This document shows positions 21,248 through 31,423 of a stretch of DNA of 64,000 nucleotides, piece by piece. Position 1 is the stretch's first letter. Every line of letters starts with the position of its first letter. The notes under the pieces are model-generated. The model ran no database searches. It saw only the letters and a program-made list of their open reading frames with translations, and had not been told where the DNA came from. This stretch comes from an uncultured delta proteobacterium (GTDB lineage: Bacteria; Myxococcota; Myxococcia; Myxococcales; Myxococcaceae): positions 353,356-417,355 of the forward strand of contig CAVQKE010000006.1 in assembly GCA_963713045.1 (NCBI GenBank), written 5' to 3'. The translations under genes were made by a program, and so were the position numbers.

Positions 21248-21526
21248 TTAGCTCTTCTTCGCGTCCGGCGGGGCCACCTTGCCGCCCTTGGCGGTGCAGT
21301 CCTTCTCCGTCGGGGTCATGTTGAAGCTCTGGCCCTTGCAGCTGTTCTTCCCGGCGCAGCTATTCTTTGCGCCGGCACAAGACCCCTGGCCCTTGCAGCT
21401 GTTGATGCCAACGCACTTGACGCCCTTGCTGGCGGCAGGTGCCGGGGCGTCCCCGGCGAAGGCGCCGGATGCAAACAAAGAGGCAACGGCCGAAGCGATG
21501 ACGGCTCCCTTGAGGGTGTTCTTCAT
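21248..21526 (-). CDS. bufferin-type (BufA2-like, 6-Cys) periplasmic RiPP precursor, 92 aa
   Basis: GGAG RBS; signal peptide ending AFA; KCVGINSCKGQGSC..NSCAGKNSCKG..C..KGG; lies directly upstream of DUF692 and DUF2063 genes. Confidence 0.85.
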   Translation of the reverse strand: MKNTLKGAVIASAVASLFASGAFAGDAPAPAASKGVKCVGINSCKGQGSCAGAKNSCAGKNSCKGQSFNMTPTEKDCTAKGGKVAPPDAKKS

Positions 21527-21660
21527 GGCGTGTCTTTTCTCCAAAAAAAATGCGGGGTGGGGGTGAGTGTGTCGCCTGGCTTCGCACCGGCCCCAGGCGG
21601 GGAGGGGGGTTCTACAACCTCGGGACGCCAGTGCGCACCCCGAAACCCGTTGGCCCCCCA

Positions 21661-21686
21661 TACGGACGGTGGCCGGGAATGGTTTC
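21661..21686 (-). promoter_or_regulatory. putative ECF sigma-factor promoter of the RiPP operon
   Basis: Minus strand reads GAAACC-N16-CGTA about 135 nt upstream of the precursor ATG. Confidence 0.5.
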
Positions 21687-21730
21687 GAGCCTCCTCCCTG
21701 GCTGTCCGGAGGGTAGGCTCCCCCGCCCCC

Positions 21731-23105
21731 ATGTCCTCCCGCTGGCTCCTCGCCGACGCAGTCCTCTGGAATGGCCAGCTGCTGCGCGGTACCGCGGTGG
21801 AAGTCTCCGCGGATGGAATTCTCCTCTCAGCCGGCGCCTTTCCCCAGGGCGCCACCGTGGAGCGCCTCCCTGGAAGGCTGCTGCTGCCGGGCTTCGTCAA
21901 CGTGCACAGCCACGCCTTTCAGCGGCTGTTGCGCGGACGGACCCAGGCCCGCTCCCCCGACGTGGAAGTGGATGACTTCTGGACGTGGCGGGAGGCCATG
22001 TACCGGGCGGCCATGACGCTGGACCCGGACGGCCTCTACGTCGCCTCCCGGCAGTGCTTTTTGGAAATGGCGCTGGCCGGCATGACGTCGGTCGGGGAAT
22101 TCCATTACCTCCACCACCAACCGGACGGGACGCCGTACGCGGAGCCGCTGGAATTGGCCCTGCAAGTCATCCGCGCCGCCAGGGACGTTGGCTTGCGCAT
22201 TGTCCTGTTGCGGACAGGGTACAACCGCGCCGGCTACAAGGCCCCCCCCAACCCGCGCCAACGCCGCTTCTACGACGCCACCCCCGAGGCCTGGCTTCGC
22301 GCCGCGGAAGACCTCCGGGCCCGCACTGCCGAAGACACGCTGGTGACGGTGGGCATTGCACCCCACAGTGTCCGCGCCGTGCCCCGCAGCTGGCTGGAGG
22401 CGGCGGCGGCGGCCAAGCAGTCCCTGGTGCACATGCACGTCGCAGAACAACCGGAGGAAGTGGTGGTGTGCGAGGCAGAGTATGGCCGTCGCCCGGTGGA
22501 ACTTCTGGCGGACGTGGGCCTCCTCCGCGAGGGCTTCACCGCCGTCCACGCGGTGTACACCATGCCGCATGAAAGGGAGCTTCTCCGCGGGACGTCGGTG
22601 TGCGCCTGCCCCAGCACCGAAAGGGACTTGGGCGACGGCGTCCTGGCCGCAGACGGCATGGCCCGCGCCGGCGTCCGCCTGTGTGTAGGGACGGACAGCC
22701 AGGCCACCTTGGACGTCTTCGACGAATTGCGCATGCTGGAAGGCCACCTGCGGCTGACGCGCGGACGCCGTGCGGTGTTGGACGCGCCGGAGGGCCCGGA
22801 TGGCCTCGGCCAGCTGCTGTTGGGCTTCGCCATCCGAAAATGGGGCCCGCGCCCTTGGGCTACCCACCGGGGTGTTGCGGCCTGGGGCCCCGGCGGACAT
22901 GTGCACCGTCAACCTGTCGCACCCAAGCCTCGTCGGTGCGCCGGGCAACGCACTGCTGGCTTCCGTCGTCTTCGCTGCCGAGGCGGGGGCGGTGCGCGAC
23001 GTGGCGGTGCAGGGGCAGTGGGTGGTACGCGATGGACAGCACCCGCTGCAGGAAAACAGCACCCGGGCGTATGGCGACTTGTGCCGGAGGGTTTTTCAGG
23101 CGTGA
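21731..23105 (+). CDS. hutF: formimidoylglutamate deiminase; one frameshift near 22830, probably a sequencing error
   Basis: PGFVNVHSHAFQR, DFWTWREAMY, GEFHYLHH, APHSVRAV, HMHVAEQ, CPSTERDLGDG, GTDS; C-terminus (NGARALG..GAPAD..VVRDGQH) lies in the 22770..23105 frame. Confidence 0.9.
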
Positions 23106-24238
23106 CGGACGTCGAAGCACAACTGGAAGCCACGCTGCGGGCGCTGGTGTCCTTCGACACCACCAGCCGCCTCTCCAACGTGCCCCTGGTGGACTGGCTC
23201 CTCCCAAGGCTGACGGACTTGGGATTCAGCTGCCAGCGCCACCCGTACCGGGACGACGCCGGCGTGGAAAAGCAAAATTTGTTGGCGCTGCCCCCGGGCG
23301 GAGGGCTGCCGGAACTGGCCCTGGTGGGCCACACCGACTGCGTCCCCTACGACAGTGCCTGGGCCGATGCCCTGCACCTGACGGCCCGGGACGGCAACCT
23401 GTACGGGCGCGGCGCCTGTGACACCAAGGCCTTTCTTGCCTGCGCACTGGTGGCGGCGGAAAGGACGGGCGCGGCCAAGCTGGCCAAGCCCGCCGCCCTC
23501 TTCTTCACCGCGGATGAAGAAGTGGGGTGCGTCGGGGCCAAAATGCTGGTGGAGGAAAAGCAGGGAAGGGCCCGCCGGGCCATCGTCGGCGAGCCGACGT
23601 CCCTGACGCCAGTCCGCGCCAACAAAGGCTACTGCCTGGCCGAGGTGACGGTGAAGGGCAAGGAAGGGCACAGCGCCTACCCGGCGTCGGGCATCTCGGC
23701 CATCAATGGGGCGGCCCGCCTCATCTCTCGCATCGAGGACTACGCCAAGACCGAATTGCAAAAGGACAGGGACGAGGCCTTTGAACCGCCCTACACCACC
23801 CTCAGCGTGGGCCTCATCCAAGGCGGGAGGGCAAAAAACGTCATCTCCGGCCAGTGCACCTTCACCCTGGAATGGCGGCCGCTTCCCCGCCAGTCGCCGG
23901 ACGTCGTCCCGGAAAGCGTCAAGCGCTTGGCCAGGGACGTCGAAAAGGCCACCCCCGGCCTGCACGTCGAAGTCCGGGTGCAGCGGACGGACCGGGGCGT
24001 CGAAACACCTGCCAGCGCCGGTGTGGTGGCCTTCTTGGCGAAGGAGACGGGCCGGCCGCCCATCACCGTCAGCTTCGGGACGGAAGCCCCGCAGATGACG
24101 GCCCTGGGTGCCGAGGCCGTGGTGTTTGGCCCGGGCAACATTCGGGTGGCCCACCAGTCCGGGGAATTCGTCCCGGTGGCCGAGCTTCTTCAGTGCGAGG
24201 AAATTTTGGAGAAGGCGCTGCGCCACTTCTGCACGTGA
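23102..24238 (+). CDS. argE: acetylornithine deacetylase (M20 family)
   Basis: GTG overlaps the hutF stop; LVSFDTTS, GHTDCVP, YGRGACDTK, DEEVGC, GEPT, HSA, FGTEA, GPG..AHQ. Confidence 0.9.
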   Translation: MTDVEAQLEATLRALVSFDTTSRLSNVPLVDWLLPRLTDLGFSCQRHPYRDDAGVEKQNLLALPPGGGLPELALVGHTDCVPYDSAWADALHLTARDGNLYGRGACDTKAFLACALVAAERTGAAKLAKPAALFFTADEEVGCVGAKMLVEEKQGRARRAIVGEPTSLTPVRANKGYCLAEVTVKGKEGHSAYPASGISAINGAARLISRIEDYAKTELQKDRDEAFEPPYTTLSVGLIQGGRAKNVISGQCTFTLEWRPLPRQSPDVVPESVKRLARDVEKATPGLHVEVRVQRTDRGVETPASAGVVAFLAKETGRPPITVSFGTEAPQMTALGAEAVVFGPGNIRVAHQSGEFVPVAELLQCEEILEKALRHFCT

Positions 24239-24852
24239 GGCCAAAGGGACACGCCTTTCTTCTCACTTCGCTTGTCGGCGCCTTGGGTTGTCCCGCCACC
24301 GGACCGCCGCCGGTGGAGGAAGGCGACGTCGTCTTCCAGCCGTCGCATTCGGTGAAGAATCTGGCTCTGCAAGCGGCGACCCACTCCAGCTGTGGCCAGC
24401 TTGGACTTGTCACCTTCCGCGACGGCAAGCCCTTCGTCTTGGAGGCACTGGCAACGGTGCAGGCAACGGGGTTAGCCGACTGGCTTCAGCGCGGCGAGGG
24501 GGGCCATTACGTGGTGAAGCGCCTCGTCGACTCGAAGCAGGTGCTGGATGCGCCCTCCCGTCTGGCGCTGCAGAAGCAAATGCGCCGCTTCGAGGGAAGG
24601 CCCTACGACGACACCTTGGAATGGAGCGACGAGCGCTTCTACGGTGCTGAGTTGGTGTGGAAAGTGTACGAAAGGGCGTTGGGAATTCGCCTGGGAGAGC
24701 CGCAACGGCTGGGGGACTTCGACCTGTCCGTGCCCCAGGTGCACGCCAAACTGGCCCAACGCTTTGGCGAGAATGTCCCTCTGGACGAGCCGGTCATCTC
24801 CCCGCAGCGCATTTATGAATCCGGCCGGTTGGAAACCGTCGTTAGCCGGTAG
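24235..24852 (+). CDS. YiiX/YebB-like permuted NlpC/P60 protein lacking the catalytic His and Cys
   Basis: GDVVFQ, PFVLEA, YVVKR, GRPYD..WSDER, ELVWKVY, ISP motifs; GQLG where SHxG is expected and YGAE where YCSE is expected. Confidence 0.82.
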   Translation: MRPKGHAFLLTSLVGALGCPATGPPPVEEGDVVFQPSHSVKNLALQAATHSSCGQLGLVTFRDGKPFVLEALATVQATGLADWLQRGEGGHYVVKRLVDSKQVLDAPSRLALQKQMRRFEGRPYDDTLEWSDERFYGAELVWKVYERALGIRLGEPQRLGDFDLSVPQVHAKLAQRFGENVPLDEPVISPQRIYESGRLETVVSR

Positions 24853-24971
24853 CGCTTCCTTCGCGCCTTGTCTCAGCGTTACCGTCGACGGGACAAGACG
24901 GGTCTCGCCGGTAAGTGCCCCGGGCCGTCGCCCTTCCTCTGGCCGCCTCAGGCGCACCCCGCGGAACGACA

Positions 24972-25481
24972 ATGCGCAAAGCCTCAGCCGCCGCGGGCAG
25001 CACCGTCTTCTTCTTCGCCGCACCGGGCGTCGTGGTCGGACTCATCCCGTACTGGCTGAGCGGCTGGAAGGTGGCCGAGCCACCCTGGCCGACACCCGTG
25101 CGGGCCCTCGGCGGCCTGTTGCTTCTGGCGGGCGCAGCGGCGCTGGTGACTTCCTTCGTTCGCTTCGTCGCCGAAGGCGCCGGCACGCCGGCGCCCATCG
25201 CCCCCACCGAAGCCCTGGTGGTGGGCGGCCTGTACCGCCACGTCCGTAACCCCATGTACTTGGCCGTCCTGGCCACCATTGTCGGCCAGGCGCTTTGGCT
25301 GGGGCAAACGCCTCTGCTGCTGTATGCGGCGGCCGTCTGTGCGGCTTTCGTCTGCTTCGTCCACTTTTACGAAGAGCCGACGCTCCTCAAAAGGTACGGG
25401 GCGGAATACGAAGCCTACCGGCGCGGCGTCCCCGCGTGGTGGCCGCGGCTGCGGCCCTGGCAGGCGGAAGGCCAACGCTAG
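24972..25481 (+). CDS. isoprenylcysteine carboxylmethyltransferase/PEMT family membrane protein
   Basis: GTPAP..LVVGGLYRHVRNPMY..EEP.L..YG.EY..Y...VP.W.PR. Confidence 0.9.
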   Translation: MRKASAAAGSTVFFFAAPGVVVGLIPYWLSGWKVAEPPWPTPVRALGGLLLLAGAAALVTSFVRFVAEGAGTPAPIAPTEALVVGGLYRHVRNPMYLAVLATIVGQALWLGQTPLLLYAAAVCAAFVCFVHFYEEPTLLKRYGAEYEAYRRGVPAWWPRLRPWQAEGQR

Positions 25482-25622
25482 AAGGGAATTTCTGGAAAGG
25501 CCCCCGGGCGCGGCGGCGCTTCAAGCGAAGCGCTCGGGCGCGAAGTCGCCAGGGCCCTGTTGGGCGTGACGGCGCTTCGGGTGTCTGCCTAAGTTGGCAA
25601 ACAGCAGCGGGAGGGGACGCGC

Positions 25623-26129
25623 ATGGTGATGGGGCTACCGCCGTTGACGTTTTTCCACACCCTGTTGAGCTTGGTCGGGATTGTCAGTGGCGTGGTGGTT
25701 CTGGTGGGCTTTCTCAACGACAGCTGGTTTGCCCGCTGGAATGCTTGGTTTCTTACCACGACGGTGCTGACCAGCGTCACCGGCTTTCTATTGCCAGCGC
25801 CACATTTTCTCCCGTCGCACGGCGTGGGCATTCTTTCCCTGGTTGTCCTTGGGGTCGCCCTCTACGCTCTCTACAAGAAGCACCTGGTGGGGGGCTGGCG
25901 GCGGGCCTACGTCTTCACCTCCGTCATCGCGCTCTACTTGAACGTCTTCGTCCTGGTGGCGCAACTGTTTGCCAAAGTGCCGGCGCTGAAGGAATTGGCA
26001 CCCACCCAAACCGAAGGCCCCTTCAAGCTGGCTCAGCTGTTGGTGCTGGTCGCTTTCGTTGTTCTGGGCACCCTGGCCGCCAAAAACTTTCATCGCGAAG
26101 TGCGGGGCGCTCGCGCCTCGGCCCCGTGA
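25623..26129 (+). CDS. conserved hypothetical membrane protein
   Basis: GGAGG RBS; five hydrophobic helices; HTLLSL, TSVTGF and YLNVFV..Q.F.KVP motifs. Confidence 0.75.
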   Translation: MVMGLPPLTFFHTLLSLVGIVSGVVVLVGFLNDSWFARWNAWFLTTTVLTSVTGFLLPAPHFLPSHGVGILSLVVLGVALYALYKKHLVGGWRRAYVFTSVIALYLNVFVLVAQLFAKVPALKELAPTQTEGPFKLAQLLVLVAFVVLGTLAAKNFHREVRGARASAP

Positions 26130-26169
26130 AGCCCCTTCGCCGGGTGGACAACCAAACCTCGGTTTCCCC

Positions 26170-26844
26170 ATGACGCTGGAACCCGTCGCCGAAGGCCTGT
26201 GGGTGGCCCCTGCGCCGCAGAAGCTTCTGGGCGTTCAGTTGGGAACGCGCATGACGGTGGTGCGCCTGTCTGGCGGAGGGCTGCTTCTCCATTCGGTGGT
26301 GCCGATGACTGGCGCGCTGAGGAATGAAGTCGAGGCGCTTGGGCCGGTGGAACACGTGGTGCTTCCGGACCTCTACCACCACCTCCACGTCGGCCCCTGG
26401 ACGCTGGCCTTCCCCAAGGCGCGGGTGCACGCCCCACCGGGCATGGCCCGGAAGCGCCCGGACTTGCGCATTGACGCTGAACTTTCCGAAGTGCCGCACC
26501 CGGACTGGGCCAAGGATGTGAAGCCCTTTTTCATCTCCGGCTGCGGCCTGCGCGAGACGGTATTTCTCCACCCCCGAAGTCGCACCCTCATTGTGGCGGA
26601 CCTGGTCGAGAATTTTCACTCGAGCGACCACTGGCTCACCCGCACCTACCTCCGGGCGGGAGGCATTTACGGCCGGGTGGGTTTCAGTCGGCTGCTGCGC
26701 TGGCTGTACCGGGAACGTCCGCGCGCCCGTGCCAGCTTGGAGCGCGTCCTGGCCGAGGATTTCGACAGAATTCTCCTCACCCACGGACAGCCCATCCCCC
26801 ACGGGGGCAAAGAAGCGCTGCGGCTGGCGTACGGTTGGCTTTAA
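26170..26844 (+). CDS. DUF4336 domain protein (metallo-beta-lactamase-like fold)
   Basis: GTRMTVVRL..GLLLHS, PD..HHL, E.VFLH..SRTLIVADL, FDRI..HG. Confidence 0.85.
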   Translation: MTLEPVAEGLWVAPAPQKLLGVQLGTRMTVVRLSGGGLLLHSVVPMTGALRNEVEALGPVEHVVLPDLYHHLHVGPWTLAFPKARVHAPPGMARKRPDLRIDAELSEVPHPDWAKDVKPFFISGCGLRETVFLHPRSRTLIVADLVENFHSSDHWLTRTYLRAGGIYGRVGFSRLLRWLYRERPRARASLERVLAEDFDRILLTHGQPIPHGGKEALRLAYGWL

Positions 26845-27017
26845 GTTAAGACGTCGGAGGCCGCCCTGGTGGCTGAATCGAAGGCCGGCACACGTCGTCG
26901 TTCGGCAATCCGCTTTTGAAAGCGGGTCTCTCCTCCGCAACGTTTCTTCATGAGGCGCATGGGCGGCGAGGCGCGCGCACGGGCCGCCCTCTGCCAAGCG
27001 ACTTTGGCGTCTCAGCT

Positions 27018-27689
27018 TTAGCTAATGCCGGTGAGGATGAGGTTGAGGGTCATCGCGAGAATGCCGGTGTTGAAGAAGAAGGACAGCAGTGCATGGCCCA
27101 GCGTTGCCCGGCGGAAGCGGGTTTCAGTCAGGAAGACGTCGGTGGCCCCGAAGCACATCCCAACGGTGAAGGCGTAGTAGGCGAAGTCAATGTCCGCCGG
27201 CGCCGCGTCGTCGGGAAACCGCAAGCCCCCCGCGTTCCCGTCCTCCCGGTAGTAGAGGTGGGCGTAGCGAAACGTGAAGGCGGTGTGGACCGCCATCCAG
27301 GCGAGGGCGACGGCCAAGAGGGCCAAGACGACGAGGACATCGCTTGCTTGCGGGGCCAGCGACTTGGCGCTCCGGACAACGGCGTTGCCGGCCAAAAGAC
27401 AGACCGTCGAGGAAACCAGCACCAGGGCGCGTACCAAGTGACTCCCCGGGTCGACGGCAGCCGCCCGAGCGCGCGTGGCCTCCGGCGTGTATTTGAGGAT
27501 GACGCTCCACGCTAAAAACAACAAGACGAGGAGCCCCGCGTCCCAACCCGCCATCAGCTGAAACGCCCAGCCACGGTTGGCAGTCACAACGACGCCCGTC
27601 AAGACACCGGCCAGAACCGCGGGGATGAAGCGGCCCAGCGCGCGGTTTCGCCAAGAAGCGTGCTTCCGGGCAGGTGCCGTCGGTGCCAT
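27018..27689 (-). CDS. DUF1345 family membrane protein
   Basis: GWD, H..F..RYAHLYY, GLRFP, DFAYYAFTVGM..TDV, H.LLSFFFN. Confidence 0.9.
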   Translation of the reverse strand: MAPTAPARKHASWRNRALGRFIPAVLAGVLTGVVVTANRGWAFQLMAGWDAGLLVLLFLAWSVILKYTPEATRARAAAVDPGSHLVRALVLVSSTVCLLAGNAVVRSAKSLAPQASDVLVVLALLAVALAWMAVHTAFTFRYAHLYYREDGNAGGLRFPDDAAPADIDFAYYAFTVGMCFGATDVFLTETRFRRATLGHALLSFFFNTGILAMTLNLILTGIS

Positions 27690-27713
27690 AGGCCGCCCGG
27701 AAGCGTACCGGCG

Positions 27714-28671
27714 CTACTGACAGATGAGGCTGAGTAGGCCTTCCGGGTCCGGCGGAATTGGGAAGCCGGCCCAATCGCGTGACCGCAGGACTTGCCACAA
27801 CAAAGGCCCACGCACCGACCGCGGTGGGTTGGGTTCTTCCTGGTAAATCGGGTCGGCCAAGGCCGCGTCGAGCGGAACCCAACGCACCCCCAAGCCCTTC
27901 GTACAGGGTGAGGAGGCCTTCCAACATTTTCGCGTCAAAGGCGCCGAGGTGCAGAAGGAGAATCTGCCGCACTGGCCGACCGAAGAGACGCTTGGCGGTG
28001 TCGTCCGACCAACGCAAGGCTGCCTCGGCAGCCTCGAGGTAGGAGCCAGTCAAAAGACCAAGTGCGTGGCTGTCGGCCTTGGCCCAACAGCGGGCGTAGG
28101 GGTTGTTCCAAGCCCAGTCTTCGAAGTCGATGGTGACTTCCGCAATTCGGTAACCCCGCGCCAACAGCGCCTGACGCAGACGCGCCCGGCCAGCCAAGTC
28201 CGCCCCCTCATGCAGGTAGGGGTAGCGCAGCACCTTCCAGGCTTTCTCTCGCGCGGGTCCTGGGCCCATCGTCGACGCCAGCACGGCCTCATTGGCGATG
28301 ACGTTGGCGAGGAAGTCCTCCACCGAAGCCTTGGACGCGTCCAGGTGCGTGTAGGTGTGGTTGCCCAGCGGGTACGCAGCGGCCACCCACGCGGTAAGCA
28401 CTGGCTGGTCCTCCGGGTGCTCGGTCAGCTTGGCGCCGTTGACGAAGCCATACACCTGCGGCACGTGGTGGCGCAGAAGCACATCCAGCATCTGCTGGCT
28501 GAGGTCCACTCGAGAGAGGCCGGGGACGTCCTCCCCGTGTCGAGGCAAGTCATCCACCGTCACCGCCACTTCAATTGGCCCCGGCGGGGAAAACATCGGC
28601 TGCGGATTGCTTTTGCATCCGCCGCCGAATGCGACGGTCAACACGGCGCTGGCGGTGAGTGCGACTCGCAT
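27714..28671 (-). CDS. polysaccharide deacetylase lipoprotein (CE4-like); frameshift near 27900
   Basis: VAVTVDDLP, GFVNG, LGNHTYTH, RYPYL, ILLLH; C-terminus (VPLDAALADPIY) lies in the 27714..27938 frame. Confidence 0.85.
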
Positions 28672-28786
28672 GGGCAGTCAAACCAGCATGCCAGAGAAGG
28701 GCCGCCACCTTGGCCCCAAGACGTCTCCTTCGCCACGCCCGCGGTTTGCACGCCAGCCGCAGTGCGGGCTAAGGCGCGCCGCTAGC

Positions 28787-29536
28787 GTGGACAACAGCCA
28801 GTGGGGGACAGGGAGCCGCAGCTCGACCGAGCAGAAGTTTCTGAGCGGCCCGCAGCCACGGGGCTTCGAGTTGGCCCGGGCCTGGCATATTTTTTGGGAG
28901 CTCCTCCGAGGATTCCGGTCCCTCCACTTTGCTGGCCCCTGTGTCACCGTCTTTGGCTCGGCGCGGTACGTCGAGTCGGACGCCTACTACGCCTTGGCCC
29001 GGGAAATGGGGGGCGCCTTGGCGCGGGCTGGCTTCACCGTGATGACCGGCGGGGGCCCTGGAATTATGGAGGCGGCCAACCGCGGGGCACGGGAGGCCGG
29101 GGGCCACTCCATTGGGTGCAATATTAGATTGCCCGTCGAACAGAAGCCCAACCCCTACCTCGACAAGATGGTGGAGTTCGAGCACTTCTTCGTCCGCAAA
29201 GTCATGCTGGTGAAGTATTCGTACGCCTTTGTCGTCATGGCGGGAGGGTTCGGCACCCTGGACGAACTCTTCGAAGTCTCCGTCCTCATCCAGACGGGGA
29301 AAATTCAGGACTTCCCGGTGGTGCTGCTGGGCAGCGAATTCTGGCGCCCACTCGTCGAGCAGCTGAAGGCGACGCTGCTGGGCCACCACACCGTCGACGC
29401 CAAAGACATGGAGCTCATGAAAGTCTTCGACTCGCCTGAGGAGGCGTCGCAGTACATTCGCCACCGGGCCCTGGCCGGCTTTGGCCTCACTGAGGGGCCG
29501 CGGCTTCGCCGCCGCTGGTTTCTTGGCGAGCGCTGA
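28787..29536 (+). CDS. TIGR00730/LOG-family Rossmann-fold nucleotide phosphoribohydrolase
   Basis: VTVFGSAR, TGGGPGIMEAANRGA, EQKPN, FFVRKVM, GGFGTLDELFE. Confidence 0.93.
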   Translation: MDNSQWGTGSRSSTEQKFLSGPQPRGFELARAWHIFWELLRGFRSLHFAGPCVTVFGSARYVESDAYYALAREMGGALARAGFTVMTGGGPGIMEAANRGAREAGGHSIGCNIRLPVEQKPNPYLDKMVEFEHFFVRKVMLVKYSYAFVVMAGGFGTLDELFEVSVLIQTGKIQDFPVVLLGSEFWRPLVEQLKATLLGHHTVDAKDMELMKVFDSPEEASQYIRHRALAGFGLTEGPRLRRRWFLGER

Positions 29537-29683
29537 AGCGCCTCACCGCCGCTGACCCGGGGGGCCGCTTCCGCCGCCGACAGCCCTCAGGGCCCAGGCT
29601 GACAGAATGCGCGCCGCGGGACGGGAAGCCTTGGTACGGTTGCGCACTTTGCCGGCCACGTCCGGCCAGAGGAGGAGTCCCTC

Positions 29684-30112
29684 ATGCGTCATCTGTCGCT
29701 CGTCGCTTCGGTGCTCGTCCCATCGCTGGCTCTGGCCCAGGCATCAGCGCCACCGGCCGAAGAGGCGCCAGTCGCCCCGCACACCATGCCGCACCAGCCG
29801 AAGACGATGCCCATTCCCAAGTGGAACCCGAAGACGGTGGAAACCATCTCGGGAAATCTCGTCGGCGTCTGGCGCGACAAACAGTTTGGAGTTGTTGTCG
29901 GCATCGACACCGAAAAGGACGACGTGGTGCTGTGCTCCGTCGGTCCGGCCTTCTTCATCGACCCCAAGGTTACGTTTGCCGCTGGCGACCAACTCGAAGT
30001 GACGGGCTCGCGCGTTCCGTACAAGGGCCGCTCGGAAATGCTGGTCTCTGTCCTGAAGCGGGGCGACCTCGTCGTGCACGTGCGGAACACCAAGGGCAAG
30101 AAGCTCTGGTGA
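29684..30112 (+). CDS. small exported OB-fold-like protein
   Basis: GGAGGAG RBS; signal peptide; [28 protein letters not shown] pattern. Confidence 0.7.
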   Translation: MRHLSLVASVLVPSLALAQASAPPAEEAPVAPHTMPHQPKTMPIPKWNPKTVETISGNLVGVWRDKQFGVVVGIDTEKDDVVLCSVGPAFFIDPKVTFAAGDQLEVTGSRVPYKGRSEMLVSVLKRGDLVVHVRNTKGKKLW

Positions 30113-30157
30113 GGCTTCTGTCTCCGACGCCGTAATTCGACTGGTGAGTGCCCGGGG

Positions 30158-31293
30158 TCAGCCCGCCGGCACGCCGCGTGCGGCAGCGACTTTCCGGTAG
30201 GTCCGAAGAATGGCCGCCGACATGGCCTCGGCAGAGAAGTCTCGCTCCACGCGGGCACGTCCTCGCCTGGCCATAGCGTTTTCGCAACTCCGCATTGGCC
30301 AGCAGCTGGTTGATGGCCGCCGCCAATGCTGGGGCATCTCCCGGAGGAACGGTGATGCCCGACTCACCATGGCGACTGACGTAGGGCACACCAGAGTCGA
30401 GCGCCGTATTCACCACCGGGACCTGACACGCCATCGCTTCAAGCTGAACAATCCCGAAGGCCTCACTCCGCGCGACCGAGGCGAGGACGAAGACGTCTGA
30501 GGCTAGGTAGTACGGCAGCGAGGCTGGCCTCGGGGACGTGGCCCAGGAAGACGACGCGCTTGGACACTCCCAAGGAGCGCGCCTTCGCTTCCAGGCTGGT
30601 CCGCAATGGCCCCTCGCCGATGACCAACAGCGTCGCGTCCACGTGCTGCATCGCCTCCACGGCCACCTCAAAGCCCTTGTAGTAGATGAGGCGTCCCACA
30701 CTGAGGATGAGGGGTGTCCGGTACTGTGACCGAATGCGAGATGCGAGGTCCCTGGCTTCAGGAGTCGGCAGCAGCTGGTTCAAGTCGAGGCCGTAAGGAA
30801 TCACGGTGCATTTCTTTTGGAAGGGCTCGAGCTCCTTCGACGAGGCCAGGTAATTGGGAGACGCCACCAGAATGGCATCGGCCCGCTCCAGCACCCGACG
30901 CATGAGGGGAGCCACCAGCTGCTTCAAGCGAGCTTGGCGGACAATGTCGCTGTGATGGCTCACCACCAGGGCATGGCGGCGAGGCTTCCTCGACACAACA
31001 TAGGCCGCCGCGGCCAGTGGATTGGGTGTGTGAAGGTGAAGCACGTCGTATGCGCGCTTTGAGAGCTCCCAGGCCATCACCGGGCTGATTGGGGAGCCTG
31101 CCAGGGAGACAGGCGCGCCACAGCGGGTAACCGGCACTCCGTGAATCTCTTCTCGGACAGTGGAGGGACCGCTGTTGAAGACAATTGCCTCAACGTCCAC
31201 CGACGGCTTCAAGCTTCTGCAAAGGATTTCGAGATGCGTCTCGATGCCGCCCTTGTGTGGGGAATAGAACTTTCCGAGCTGGACAACGCGCAT
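30158..31293 (-). CDS. glycosyltransferase family 4; two frameshifts
   Basis: [43 protein letters not shown] spread across three frames. Confidence 0.88.
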
Positions 31294-31423
31294 GGGTGTC
31301 ACAGCGGGACAACCGCGTTGTTTGTCGGCCTTGCCTGGTTGGCAGAAGTGAGCGTTGCATGTCGCGTCGACCGTCGGCACAGCGGCAGCTTCTCAAAGCG
31401 CGGGAGGGCCTCGCTTGGTCGCA

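Noticed and set aside
20825..24238. 1137-aa ORF that looks like a HutF-ArgE fusion
   Set aside because: A single-base frameshift near 22830 moves HutF into the ArgE frame. The real HutF C-terminus is in another frame and ends at a GTGA overlap. The N-terminal extension is antisense to the MNIO cluster.
29684..30112. Magnetosome gene (MamS/MamX-like OB domain)
   Set aside because: The domain is widespread and no other mam genes or CxxCH motifs are present
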